A DNA stretch of 61,838 nt, filler included, from Choristocarpus tenellus KU-1152 (lineage: Eukaryota; Protista; Phaeophyceae), in the NCBI GenBank assembly GCA_964200185.2. It is 8 parts of 8 records of this genome, joined end to end, with 100 filler letters (N's around TTAATTAATTAA, not from the genome) between each part and the next. Parts side by side here need not be neighbours in the genome. Positions count along the whole stretch, not along the records: positions 23,680 to 45,440 come from CAXNAD020000326.1; positions 45,541 to 48,244 come from CAXNAD020025478.1; positions 48,345 to 51,085 come from CAXNAD020025151.1; 5 more parts are not named here. One strand, given 5' to 3'. Under the pieces are notes generated by a model. It did no database searches. It was not told where the DNA came from and was given only the letters and a program-made list of their open reading frames with translations. Below, in pieces: positions 37,401 through 48,973 of this stretch (positions are counted from its first letter, which is position 1; every line of letters starts with the position of its first letter). Both the position numbers and the translations under genes were made by a program.

Positions 37401-40400
37401 TCCACACACTTCTCACCCCCAATTGCTTCGAAGGGAGTCAATACAATAAATTTATTTCTTATGTTTTTCCCTGCTTCAATTCAAGGCTGTACTTTTTAAC
37501 TCCAGAATTTTTCCATAGGATCTCTTGGATGCCGAAAATATGTCTGACTGAATCTGTTTTCTGGTTTGAGGTTTGTGTGTGTATGGCGTTACTGGAACTA
37601 GTGCTTTCAAGAACAAATAATCTTAATGGTTCTGTGCAGTGCATATTGAAAAAATGACAAAACGCCCTTCATGCATGGTGGTAGAGATGACTTCAAGCAC
37701 AAGTGTGCATGACATTGTGGGTGTTTCAAAACAGCACTCCCTATGTTTGAGATGGTGTCCCCTCTTTGATGCAGTAGTTTGGTGATGTCTCAGAAAAAAA
37801 CCTTGCTATCTGTCCCACTTCTACCTGCTATCATACATGGCTCCTTTTGCTAAAATGGCAACAGTCGGTCTATTTCCTACATCACAAATTTGCGGAACGA
37901 TTGCACTGGCGATGTGTTTGTGAAACAGTGCCCTTCTCATGCAGAGTGGCTTGAGAACCTTCCACACCTTGGACTAATTATGGCTCGGGTCGCTTAGCAC
38001 AACTTGATTTTATTTTTGTATCCATGACAAAAAGCATTGCCTGGACAACGTACGTTGCAAATCAAACGGACTTTTGAGCGTTTTGTTTTTTCCTGAAGAG
38101 TGACCAATAGTGAGAGGTCAAATGAACCCAAGCATATTGCATTGGCAACGGGCGTTGCAAGCTAGTGGACAGTCTTGGACAAGAAGAGCTGTGTATGTTG
38201 CTCGGATGTATTATTTCCAGGGTTTCTCATCAGTTTTGAGTAGATGGTGTGGTCAGATGATGGGCGCAGGTCAGCCCCTGGTCTGAACATATCGGGAAAT
38301 AGAAGAACCTGTTCGTTTTGTGCAGACTGGACAGGTTCCAATATTTGGTGGACTTGGTCTGGACGTATCCGAAAATTGGAACATTTTGACGTGTGGACTG
38401 GTCCTGTGACATTTACCGGTCTAATGAAATGTTTGATTATTAACTGTTTGACTGTTTGGACTATTCATCACAACCTTTGCATCACAACCTCTGACCATGG
38501 GTCTGAGAAGATCAAACCAGTACGTGATTTGATAGTAGAAATCGAGCAAATAATGGTGATAGGTGTTGCTCTGTACAAGATTTGTTACAGGGCAAGTGGG
38601 CCCAAGCATTTCCTCGATGCCAGATATTAATTGCAATTGTAGAGCTAGAAATCGGACAGCATATAGCAAACGTGTGCTCAATCAATACAGGGATGACAGA
38701 CATTATACAACGAGTGACCACAAACACCGTTCTGGTAACAGGCACTGCAGAGAGAGTTGACCCTAGTGTTGTGACGGATGCCAGTTGTTACAGGTTGATT
38801 ATGACTGAAAGTTCGAGGGCAATATTAGCATTGGGAATTTTGTTGTCTGAGGTGTACTAAGTTTGTTCTCACCCACAGCACTGGTGTGTATTTAAAAAGG
38901 CTACCATGGGTGAAGTACTGTGTGACCTGAGAACCCGCCGCCCTTTGAGGACACCATGCAATCGTGGGTCGTTCAACATGAAATTTCTCCAATCAGAAGT
39001 CTTGCATCTGAATAATAATAAATGCTCTGGACCCCCGCAATGGGGAAAAAGAACAGAGGGAGGTTGTATCCATAGTGATGTCCGCTCCAGAGTGTGTGAC
39101 ACAGTTTACATTGTACATCAAAATATTGGAGCATCGAAGTATATTTTCTTGATCTCACTGGTTACAATAGTTATGTGCACATTGTCTGTCCCCTTCCTGT
39201 AGCGTGCAATACCCTTCCCCACCCCCCACAAACGATACGAGATAAGCTGCACTGTAAATTTCTATGTATTACACATGAGCAGGGGGACTGTTTGGGGCAT
39301 CATCCAACATGCTGAAGAAGCGTGGAAGTACAGGGACCGCTGGCGCAGGCACCAAAGAAGAGCCTGCAAGAAAAAAGGCACGGAAGTCCCCAGCCAAGAA
39401 AGAGCCAACCAAGGTGATAATGATGGTGATCCTATACTTTTTAATTCAAGTGCATGGGGGGACAGTGGGAATGGTGAGTAGAATGTGTTCTACACTTTTC
39501 TGGAAATGGTAGTTGAGTGTCACGGCTGCTATGCCAAGATGGAGGGGGTTAGGACAGGTTTGATGGTGACAGTAAACTTTTGATGCGGTGTGAAAATAGG
39601 ACCCTTCTGTCATTTGGCATGAATGGCTGCTTTGTTTGGCGTGTCCTGATGCAAATTGTTGTGCTGTTTATAGTGGGTAGTAAAGTGAGTTTGCTGCTCT
39701 GTGTTGAAGCATCTACTACTCCTGCTGATATTTTAATAGTATCTATACTTCGAAGATGGTATGTTGTTTGGGGACTAGTGTTTGCAATGCAATCGTGAAG
39801 ATGTATTGGCAAGCTCGTTTCATTCTTCAGTCCCGGGAGAACACTGCTTTGGAAAGGAGATTTTGAAATGAATGGTAAACTTTGGGCCTTCTGCCCGGCT
39901 GCTTACCTCGCAGTACAAGAAAGGGAGATCACCTTTCTACATTTCGATCAACGCCTGTTTTGAAATTCAATTGCTGTCAATGATGCACAGGCTCTTAGCC
40001 TGAGAATGAATTTTAATGTTTTGAAATGAATAATTAACTCGGTGGCCTTCTGCCTGCCTGGCTTCCCCACAATCCAAGAGAGATCATCTTTCCACAATTC
40101 TATCAATATTATTTCGATTGTGTCAATCACTGTCAATGATGCACCGAATCTTAGCCTGAGAATGAATTTTAATGGTGTCAGCAAGTGGGTGCAGTTTGGA
40201 AACTGTGATCCCCTTGAGCCTAAGAAATATTCGAGTCGATAATGTACCCACACCATTATCCTACTGTCCAGCAGTGTTGTGAATCAAAAGGATTGATGCG
40301 TTTAAGTTAAATCAGTAAGAAAATTGTGCTGTACTAGATCATAATTGAAACGTGCAAAATGATTTGAGGCACATCAGTTTGCTGAGCTCTATGTGTGTAT

Positions 40401-41368
40401 TGTGCTCAGCTCCCATTCACTCGGAAAAATTACCAAACAAAAAGCACCTCTAAATATTCAGTTTCAATTTCATCCTGATTTAATCAAAAACTGTAGCAAC
40501 TGCACAACACTACTACAATAGCGCCCCACATGTGTGCATACACACCAACAAACCTGGTTTGTATCTGTAGGTTACATGATGTGCGCTGACTAACTCATGA
40601 CCCGATCCCACTGCCCATCTGCAAATCGAAGTAGAAGACTGAAGGGAAGAAAGAGGCATCAACTGCCAAAGATGGTGGTGGAGAGACTGAAGATGAGGAT
40701 GAAGATGAGGATGAGGATACGGAGGAGGGTGAGGGTGAGGAGGAGGGTGAGGAGGAGGGTGAGGGTGAGGAGGAGTTGGAGGAAGAACAAGATGAGGGAG
40801 TAAATGGGGAACAGGGAGAAGATGAACCAGCAAAGCCCTCTGGCCCCACTGCAGCTGAGCTGCGGAAGAAGGTATTTTGATAGACCTCTTCTAGATAATC
40901 AAAACTATTATGGCTAACAGATCCCTTTGATTTTTCAGTATGTTCAAGCACCATGGATTCTATCTAAACCTTGATCTTGCCCTGTCCTCTTGGGTCTATG
41001 GTGTAAGTATGGGCAGCATCTTTCTCAGCGAATATAGGTTTGTTTGGTTTCTTCCTTTATAAAGACATCCTTTGTAAATGGTATGATCAGTGTTCACTGC
41101 TCACATCCCCAGCACCCACACAAAAATGCCCTCCATGCAATCTGTGCCTTAGTCTTTTCTTGTTTCGAAGGGATTTGGACATCTCAAGCATCTCCTGTGT
41201 ATGCCATTGTATGCCCTCTGAAAGGTGGATGAGCTCATTGGTCTGGCAGAGAATGTGGAGAACGTCACCTTCAAGCAAATCAGAGGTCAGCTGGAAGAGC
41301 ATTTCCAGTGCCAACTTACGGACAGGAAGGCAGAGCTAATCCAGATTGTATCTGAGAGCATGCAATAA
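30253..41368 (+). CDS. DEK: DEK chromatin protein, ~508 aa; exons 30253-30549, 31243-31395, 31790-31930, 32554-32658, 36200-36247, 37124-37394, 39283-39413, 40635-40871, 41225-41368
   Basis: All eight introns GT-AG with consistent phases (1527 nt including stop). Acidic N-terminus and RRRKVTERF; GKGVKLEDMPNV..LTNLHHVIFGRVGK..LKGNFRLFSG; SAP-like LKEGMDLLEV..KSKLIERFMEWLENP; K/E-rich linker; DEK_C PTAAELRKKVDELI..VTFKQIRGQLEEHFQCQLTDRKAELIQIV. Confidence 0.9.
33588..33800. repeat. Interstitial (TTAGGG)n tracts bracketing a ~170-bp segment in DEK intron 4
   Basis: TAGGGTTAGGGTTAG at 33588 and GGGTTAGGGTTAGGGTTAGGGTTAG at ~33776. Confidence 0.75.
38420..38535 (+). pseudogene. Possible hAT transposase remnant
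   Basis: IINCLTVWTIHHNLCITTSDHGSEKIKPVRDL resembles hAT ..L.EW.I..K...ITTDNxSN..KA...L; single weak motif. Confidence 0.25.
39860..40176. repeat. Diverged ~158-bp tandem duplication in DEK intron 7
   Basis: Both units share TTTGAAATGAAT..GGCCTTCTGCC..GAGATCAyCTTTC..TGTCAATGATGCAC..CTTAGCCTGAGAATGAATTTTAATG. Confidence 0.85.
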
Positions 41369-43224
41369 TGTTGAGAATGATGCTGTGATAAGTCACACTT
41401 GGAGCAAGTACAAAAGCAAAAACACATCAGTGCAAAAATTCGTGCTCTCAGAAACAATCTGGAGAGTGATTTAATTTTGGGTAGAGGAGATCAGGTATTG
41501 TAGAGATAAGGGTATGGCAAAGATTTGCAGAAAAGTCATTTCGAGAATACCCATGTGTAACAAATTGTTTGTGTGTGTTGAGCGTAGAGGACAGTCTGCA
41601 AATGCTTCTCTCTTTTTTTGCTATTGAATGAACTAAATTGTACAATGGTGTCGAGCATGTCCACCTTGTGGTATTGCCTGCCTTGCGAAGACCAAGAACA
41701 GAAGAGGATGGGGCTCAGATCTACATGTGAGAGAGAGAGAGTAGCCGGATGTGCCAGTCTATTCTGACACTTGCCTCAAATGGGAGGGTGAGCAGTTGAC
41801 TTTTACTCACAGAACATTCATGCTTCAATTATGTTTTTCAGCAATGAAACAGAGAGGATTGGGGGATGTCAGGGGGTGGAGAGCAAATTTCTGAAACATG
41901 ATCCTCTTTCTGGAGGAGTTTTTTGCTATGGAGGCAACTTGCCCTCCCATGATACATCAAACAGGGTGCGCCTGCTGTGATATTGAGCACGTCTAGCTGT
42001 GGTCTGTTTTACATGTCACCCAAGTGTGTGGGTAGATCGTCTGGCAACCATTCCCCTCTGCCCTACATAACTTCTATTGGAATAATTGTCGAGGTTTTAA
42101 GGTTAGTAGCACTCACAGTATATGCTGGAGGTCACTGTAGTATATACAATGTCTCATGCTTGATGACAGACACAAACACAAAAAACAACCCTTCACACAC
42201 ATGTTGACATGGCAAGTAGGGTGCCATTGTTTGTGATGATTGGTGAGTGCAAAGTTCTCGTTCTCCATGTTATTACATTCGCTCAAGAACATAGTGCACC
42301 AAGGACAACCCTAACAACGTATGCTTCAAGATTTAACCTCTTTGCCACAGGAGAACATAGAACTGTTCTTCCAATAAAAAATCAACAGGGAACGTGGAGA
42401 GATTGTTCTCACAGCGTTCACTGAAAAAACAGAAGCTACTCCATACTAAAACTTGAGTGCTAGATAATATGTATTAATGCAACAGGATGCCTGACCATTT
42501 AAGGCTCTATGATAACTCTTGTACACGGCTATGTTTTTTCTGAGTCTAGTCTGAGTTTTACACTTGTGGCATGCCCTCTGTGGGAACTGTAGATAGCACG
42601 TTATATTTGTGACGTACATAACACTTCTTTTACTTGTGAGTTATGTCTGGTTCTCCGCATTCCTTAGTTGCCCATTGCAACATTTTCCTTACTCATGCAC
42701 CGTTCCCAATCTCCACCCATTCAGTAACCCCATATTTCTATGATGCTCGAAAACGCGGTCCCTTAAGATTCACCCTTCCTATTGTCTACAAAAGGTATCA
42801 GAATGCCGTACCCCCATATCACATAAAGGGAGTAGTACAGGCGCTTCCAACACCAAATATACTCTTCTTCTTTTACATATTTGTGGGGATCAAACACACA
42901 ACCCGCACAAAACAAGCGCACAAGGCACTCATGATACTCTCAGGTACCCTGTGAATATACCCTTCTGCTGCCTACGATGCGAACCACAGAAAAAAAACAT
43001 AAAACATACCTGAATTGACTCAAGTGAGCACCGCCGGCTAATCCTCCCTCATACGAGAACAGCTTGCGCAAAAGTATGACCTTGCACTCACTTGCAGCTA
43101 TGCATGCCTATCGATTCATTAGCAGCAATACTTCAGATGCCAACTGACATGCAACCAAGTAGGAAGACTGCAAGAAGAGCTCTGATGACCCGAACTTGCA
43201 GAGTCATCTCCAGTTGCCGGCAAG

Positions 43225-45329
43225 TTAGTTGAGCATGGCCTTGTCAGCTTCATCTGCCAGGATAAGGCCAATGGCGTTCTTCTCCTGTCTGCAAGGAGAG
43301 GAAAAAAGAGGAACAGGGGGGGGGCAATGCATACAAGGCACCAATCAACAACAATGCCATCAACAAACCAATTCCACGAGTACAACAGTTCCACAACAAG
43401 CAACCTTGTGTGTTTGGCTCTGCACCTTTGGCAAAGATGCTCGTTCTTTACTAAGTAGATGTAAGCAGACGGCAGGGAGAGCCTATTCGTCTACAGAGTG
43501 ACCCCTACTTTACTTTCACCCCACAAATAATAAAGGGTAAACAGTCATGACCTCTGCTGACAAGTACAACGTTCAAAATCCATAGGTTGAAACAAAAATG
43601 ATATTAGTACCTGCAACAGTCACTGGGTCTGTTTTCCACTAATTTACACTTGCACTCCTTTGTCAAATACAAATATCACCTCGAACATCAATGGTTTATT
43701 GCATCATCTTGTAGATTACCTGAGTAGATACTTTATATGATGAGAACTGCAGTTCACATTGCACGACACCCACAGGGCCTATCAATACTCTGGCACAAGT
43801 ATTAGACTGCTATTTCTCCACCTACATTTGTCAAACTCTTGAAAAAGGACTGCAAACTAGGCACAATAATAAACATACCATGCTGCACACTTTCCCCAAT
43901 ATTGCAGTAACTTCCAACATACACTAGAAACAGCATCACACAAGGATTTCACTTCTAGAGCAGCATGTAGAGCAACGCTGCATCATATCATGCTGCCTGC
44001 ATCCTCTAAACACAATAAAATACCCACCTCCTAACAAAAGCAACTTCTCATAAGAGCACATCAAAACAACGGCCATAAGCTAGAGTCACCTCCACACCAG
44101 AAACTCAACCACACACAAAAAAAGCAATATCATTGCAACCAGTCATTCAAGAAAACCTCCAAGCAAAAGCTTGGGTAAAATCAGTTCTTCATCCCTCTTC
44201 AGTATCACCTGTCTGGGGACGGGAGTGATTCTGGCTCCACCTCACCAGACGCACGAGCATACAGGGTCGCCACCATGGTCCAGTCCACCACCTCCCAAAA
44301 CCGTGAGATGTACATATCCTTGCGATTTTCATACTGCACAACACAATAGTCCCATTGCAGTGGTACAACACACAAGGTGGAGTCGTCAAGCAAGACTAAC
44401 AAGCTTTCCACCTACACGGTACTGGCATTGGTTCACATACAAACACCTCCAGCTTTGCTTCAAACGGAAAAATGATATTAGCTCATGCGTTTGTACGGTG
44501 TGGTCCTAACAAGGCGCATTCCACCTCCCTAGTGCACTCAAAAAGGTGTCTATCTTGCGGGTGTTCGCAGCTGCGTGCTAGTTGGTGTTCCCGAAAGGCC
44601 AAGTAGTAAGTTGGGACACAGATTTTGAAAAAAAAAGAAGTATGAAGTTAAAAAGAGCTGCAGTAACAGCGCCGATATACCTTGCACCAAATCAGCAAAA
44701 GCAGTGAACAAACCCACTCAACACAGGACTTGTGAAACGCACGTTACATCTCCAACAGCTGAAACAAACTACCTCCAACTGTATCAATAGATACCTCCAA
44801 TTTCCAAACATCGACATACCACTGCCCCACCAGAGCAGCAAATGCCGGGTAGTACCCCAGCCTCTGGTTTTGTCAAATGCCACTATTCCACTATTCCACT
44901 ATTTCGCCAGACTCAGCAGCACTATTTCAATATTTTGACACAATCAACTGCACTCATCGGAGTCGAAACCCTGGTCAGTTACCACAGTTCAAATCTACAT
45001 TCCCTATGCCCCAGATGAAATACCATGAAGATGTAACACTCTACAAACACACAATAGTCTTAAGGCCTTCCGTCACCAACAGATCTTTCCACACACACGC
45101 ACGCACGCACGCACACAAAACAAAATAAAATAAAACCCCACTGATTAAAAACGAGCATGCGTAGAAAACAAAATACGGAGGCGTGCTCACATCCACGTAA
45201 TAAGCGTGCTCCCACAGATCAAGAGGAAGGAGGGGAACCTTGGAGGCGTTCATGGCCGGGGTGTCCTCCCCCTCGGTAATCTCAAATTCCAGAGACTTTC
45301 CAGCTTTGTCGTAGTATAAAAATGCCCAC
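43225..45329 (-). CDS. SOD: Fe/Mn superoxide dismutase, 5'-partial; exons 45191-45329, 44209-44333, 43225-43288
   Basis: (G)WAFL..PLLPLDLWEHAYYVD|YENRKDMYISRFWEVVDW carries the DxWEHAYY metal-ligand motif; gat|gtgagc and gcag|TAT join in phase 0; the last exon (RQEKNAIGLILADEADKAMLN*) is less certain. Confidence 0.9.
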
Positions 45330-45440
45330 CTCCAGACAGAACGTAACGCACGAACACAAAGAGGCATAGGTCAGACGGGGGTGGTAACATAAGTGAACAC
45401 AACCGGATGCCCCTGCTCGAGAGAGTCTTCGGGGGGGGGG

Positions 45441-45540
45441 NNNNNNNNNNNNNNNNNNNNNNNNNNNNNNNNNNNNNNNNNNNNTTAATTAATTAANNNN
45501 NNNNNNNNNNNNNNNNNNNNNNNNNNNNNNNNNNNNNNNN
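45441..45540. other. Artificial contig spacer
   Basis: N44-TTAATTAATTAA-N44. Confidence 0.97.
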
Positions 45541-48127
45541 AGGGAGAGGGGGGCGTCGGGGTTCAAAGGAGACCCCACAGCTTGGGGGGGGGGGGGGGGA
45601 GGGGGGGGGGGGGGGGGAGGGGGGGGGGAAGGGGTCCAGGGGTGCCAAGTGTAAGGGGAAAATGTCAAGGTCAGGCATCAGCGGGACGGACGGGAGATGC
45701 TGTTGTGAAGCACACCGAGGGTGGTAGTCAGGATGAGCCGGAGAGGATGTTTACCGAGAGTCGTAAATCGAAGCAGCACAGTCATGAAAGGTGCGTAGAT
45801 ATTCTAATCGCGTAGGATGACGTGTAGTAGCCCGTGCTGGCACATACCCAAAATAGATTTCATTTTCTTGTTCAGGATATGTGATTGCTGGAATGATCAT
45901 GTGCACTTCAGATTGGAGGGTCGCGGAGGGTTGAAATTGACATCTAACCCAACTATGTGTACCTTCTCTTGCCCTTCAGCTTGGGTATTTCTTTTTAATA
46001 TTTGGCAGTTTCGTGTCACTGCCCAACAGGAGATTATTTTTTGGACTGGGAGGAGCCAAGGACTAGCCACCGAATAAATGGATCAATATTGTTGACGTTC
46101 CCACAGAAGCCCACCCATGAAGTAGTCACAGAGATGACCTCAACTTATCAGAGAGGCAAGGAAAAATCGTGCCTCCATTTATCTGATACCTGTTGATCCT
46201 TACCATCTTGACCAGTCATGGACTCATTGGGCGATGCAGCCCCCTTGCCTCTCTAATGTATTGCCAAGTTTTGACGCTGCTGTTGGGGTTCGAAGCACTG
46301 TGTAACGAGCTGTTCTGTGGTAGCCACCGGAGTGGAAGTGTTTTGAAGGGACCCTAGCCTTTTCGTTGTCGTGTTTTGAAGATGGATACAACAAACATTT
46401 GAAGCCCCCGCCGCATATCAGCTAAGGCTGTGGATGTGAAAATAATGACTCAAGTAGAGGACCGGGAAGGGATGGGGAGGTTGAGATATGTTGTATATGT
46501 GATATGATATCCTTGCATCGTGGGGATATGTTCCATTCATCTCCATTCTGCCATACTAGCAAGCAGCAGGGAAAACTACTACCCCACAGTAGATGTTTCT
46601 ATGCGGATGCAGGTATTGGTATGCAAAGGGGTATGTAGCTGTATGTGTAATCTTGGCTCCGATGTGATCTCTACATTTTGGGTGGGTTTGGATTGTTCTG
46701 AAGTTGCAGTAGTGCTTACTGTGTCCATTTGTTGTGGTCCAATCGAACACATAAATATTTGGTTGTTTCTGTGTAGAGCCTCCCCAACTGTATAGGACAG
46801 ACTACTGCTATTGTCGACGCTAATGGCTGTAATTAAGAACACGATCCAACATTCACCAGTCAGGATGCAATGAGTTCAACAATGCACGTATTTATTAGTG
46901 TATCGTGTTGTCTCACACACGCACAATGCGAATCTGTGCGCATATCCACCACAAAGATTATCCAGAACCCCGCTGAATTTTCCATTCAGTGTTCATCCAG
47001 AATAACCAACTTAAACACTGGCCCGCTGGGCTTGTTGCAGGATGGGGGGGGGCGTATCATGAAGTCTCCTCCATTGGAGTATTTTCTCCCCTGTGCTCTG
47101 TGCTAATCCCAACCCTAACCCTAACCCTAAGCCAAGGTAATGAACGCCTTTATCAAGAGATCTTTCTTGGTTGAAAGTCACCAACATCATTTTTTTTTTA
47201 AGTTATGAGGTGTACGTTTGTTGTTGGTACATACTTTTTACATTTTTTGTTGACAAAGTTTCTAACCCTAACCCTAACCCATGCAAATACTGTTTGCATT
47301 TTACAGCTAAGACATTGCCTAAATGCTGTAATTTGGCTTATGGGTGAGAAAGAATGGAACAACCCAACGATAGACTGGGGTGACCTCAAGTTTTCCAGGC
47401 TTCCTCAACCTATCCTGCTTCACTTTTAGCCCCATCCCCTATGAGCCAAAGTATCTCAGAGGGTAGAGCCGCGTCCATTTGGGGGTCAAAATCCAATATT
47501 ACGATTTTGATGTTATTTTGGCTATTGTGTTTGTTAGGAAGTGTCAATATCTATGTTTCGGACACACCTTTTCATAAGGTATACCTTTTACCTACTCCTA
47601 AACATGTTGGAGTAGGAAAATGTCACAAAAAAAACATGGGAAGCCAAGCCCCAAATGGACAAACAGGGCAAAATTCGTACCCTCTAAGATACTTTCACTC
47701 CTATCCCTAACCCTGTCCCTAACTTCCACTCTACAACTAGGTAATACATGATTGTTACCCTGATCTTATTCCAAGGGACTGACTACATTAATCAGTACTT
47801 CACTTTTGTTTCACCCTGACTCCCTAACCCTAATGCTAATCTCTATCCCTGCCCTATAGTTTCACCTCTACAGATAAATCATCCTCAGCTACCAAGTTAT
47901 TTTTGACCCAGGCCATCCCCTAAGCCTCACCCAAGTGGCCGACTGAATTTCCCCCAATATTGACTCTTGACTCTGTGTATGACCATATACTTGACCCTGA
48001 CCCTAGCCCTAGCCCCAGCCCTAACCCTAACCCTAACCCTGATCACGCCTTGAAGTGTGAAGAAGAGGAGAGCCAGGAAAGGGGGGATGGACCAGACCAA
48101 GTATGACCTGCAGGCGAACGTTGTCAA
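45541..48127 (+). CDS. Two internal exons (to 45790; 48056-48127) of an unknown gene, possibly a ubiquitin-specific protease
   Basis: GAA AG|gtgcgt ... ttgaag|T GTG joins in phase: ..KSKQHSHESVKKRRARKGGMDQTKYDLQANVV, donor aa|gtgaga. KYDLQANVV resembles the USP pre-His-box YDLxAxxxH. Confidence 0.4.
47443..47700 (-). mobile_element. MITE family A, reverse orientation
   Basis: Full-length 258 bp; perfect TSD CTAT/CTAT. Confidence 0.9.
47991..48042. repeat. Telomere-like (CCCTAA)n/(CCCTAG)n tract; others at ~47108-47130, 47262-47280, 47702-47722
   Basis: Directly visible. Confidence 0.8.
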
Positions 48128-48130
48128 GTG

Positions 48131-48244
48131 AGACATGATATGTGACCATAAGACATGATATGTGACCATAAGACATGATATGTGACCATAAGACATGATA
48201 TGTGACCATAAGACATGATATGTGACCATAAGACATGATATGTG
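48131..48244. repeat. Perfect 20-bp minisatellite AGACATGATATGTGACCATA running into contig end
   Basis: About 5.7 identical head-to-tail units, no spacers. Confidence 0.95.
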
Positions 48245-48344
48245 NNNNNNNNNNNNNNNNNNNNNNNNNNNNNNNNNNNNNNNNNNNNTTAATTAATTAA
48301 NNNNNNNNNNNNNNNNNNNNNNNNNNNNNNNNNNNNNNNNNNNN
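48245..48344. other. Artificial contig spacer
   Basis: N44-TTAATTAATTAA-N44. Confidence 0.97.
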
Positions 48345-48400
48345 TTCCCCAAATGGACACCCTGATGTAGACCCCCCCTCCCCCCCAGATACTTTGGGTC
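48345..48400 (-). mobile_element. MITE family C terminus at contig start
   Basis: CCCCAAATGGAC..CCCCCCAGATACTTTG. Confidence 0.6.
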
Positions 48401-48942
48401 ATATATTATTATTATTATTGTTATTATTATTATACCCACTGATGTACTGCAGATAGGTGATGTCATGAAGTAAAAACAGAATGCACCAAAAGCAGCAACC
48501 AAGACCATTGCTTACAGTGAAGGTCTTCTCATACGCCAATCAGACGTAGCATACTAGAAAGTTAAATAAATATATATATCTACGGAGACAAATAGAGCTG
48601 AAACTACTCCTAAACTGGTCTCATGAGGCATAAATACATGCACACATAGACACATTCATAAACATGTAGGTACAAATACAAATATAGATACACATACGGG
48701 CATTCATACATTATACACACATACAAATATACATAAAAATAACTAGATACATACATATTATGTAACATACATTAATAACCACAATTTTTGACACAATTAG
48801 AGTACTATTTCAAATCGCAAACGTCAAACATTTCGAAAATACCCATCCCCCTTTTTTTTCACACCATGGTAAAAAAAATAAAATAAAACTATAAACCAAT
48901 CAGGCCACAAAAACCATACCAATATAAAAGAAATACTAGTAC

Positions 48943-48971
<29 letters not shown>

Positions 48972-48973
<2 letters not shown>

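Noticed and set aside
48047-48108. Minus-strand membrane-protein exon (SYLVWSIPPFLALLFFTLQ)
   Set aside because: No canonical GT donor right after it; the plus-strand reading joins an upstream exon in phase and fits better
48131-48244. 20-bp perfect repeats as a CRISPR array
   Set aside because: Units are head-to-tail with no spacers, there are no cas genes and the context is eukaryotic; ordinary minisatellite
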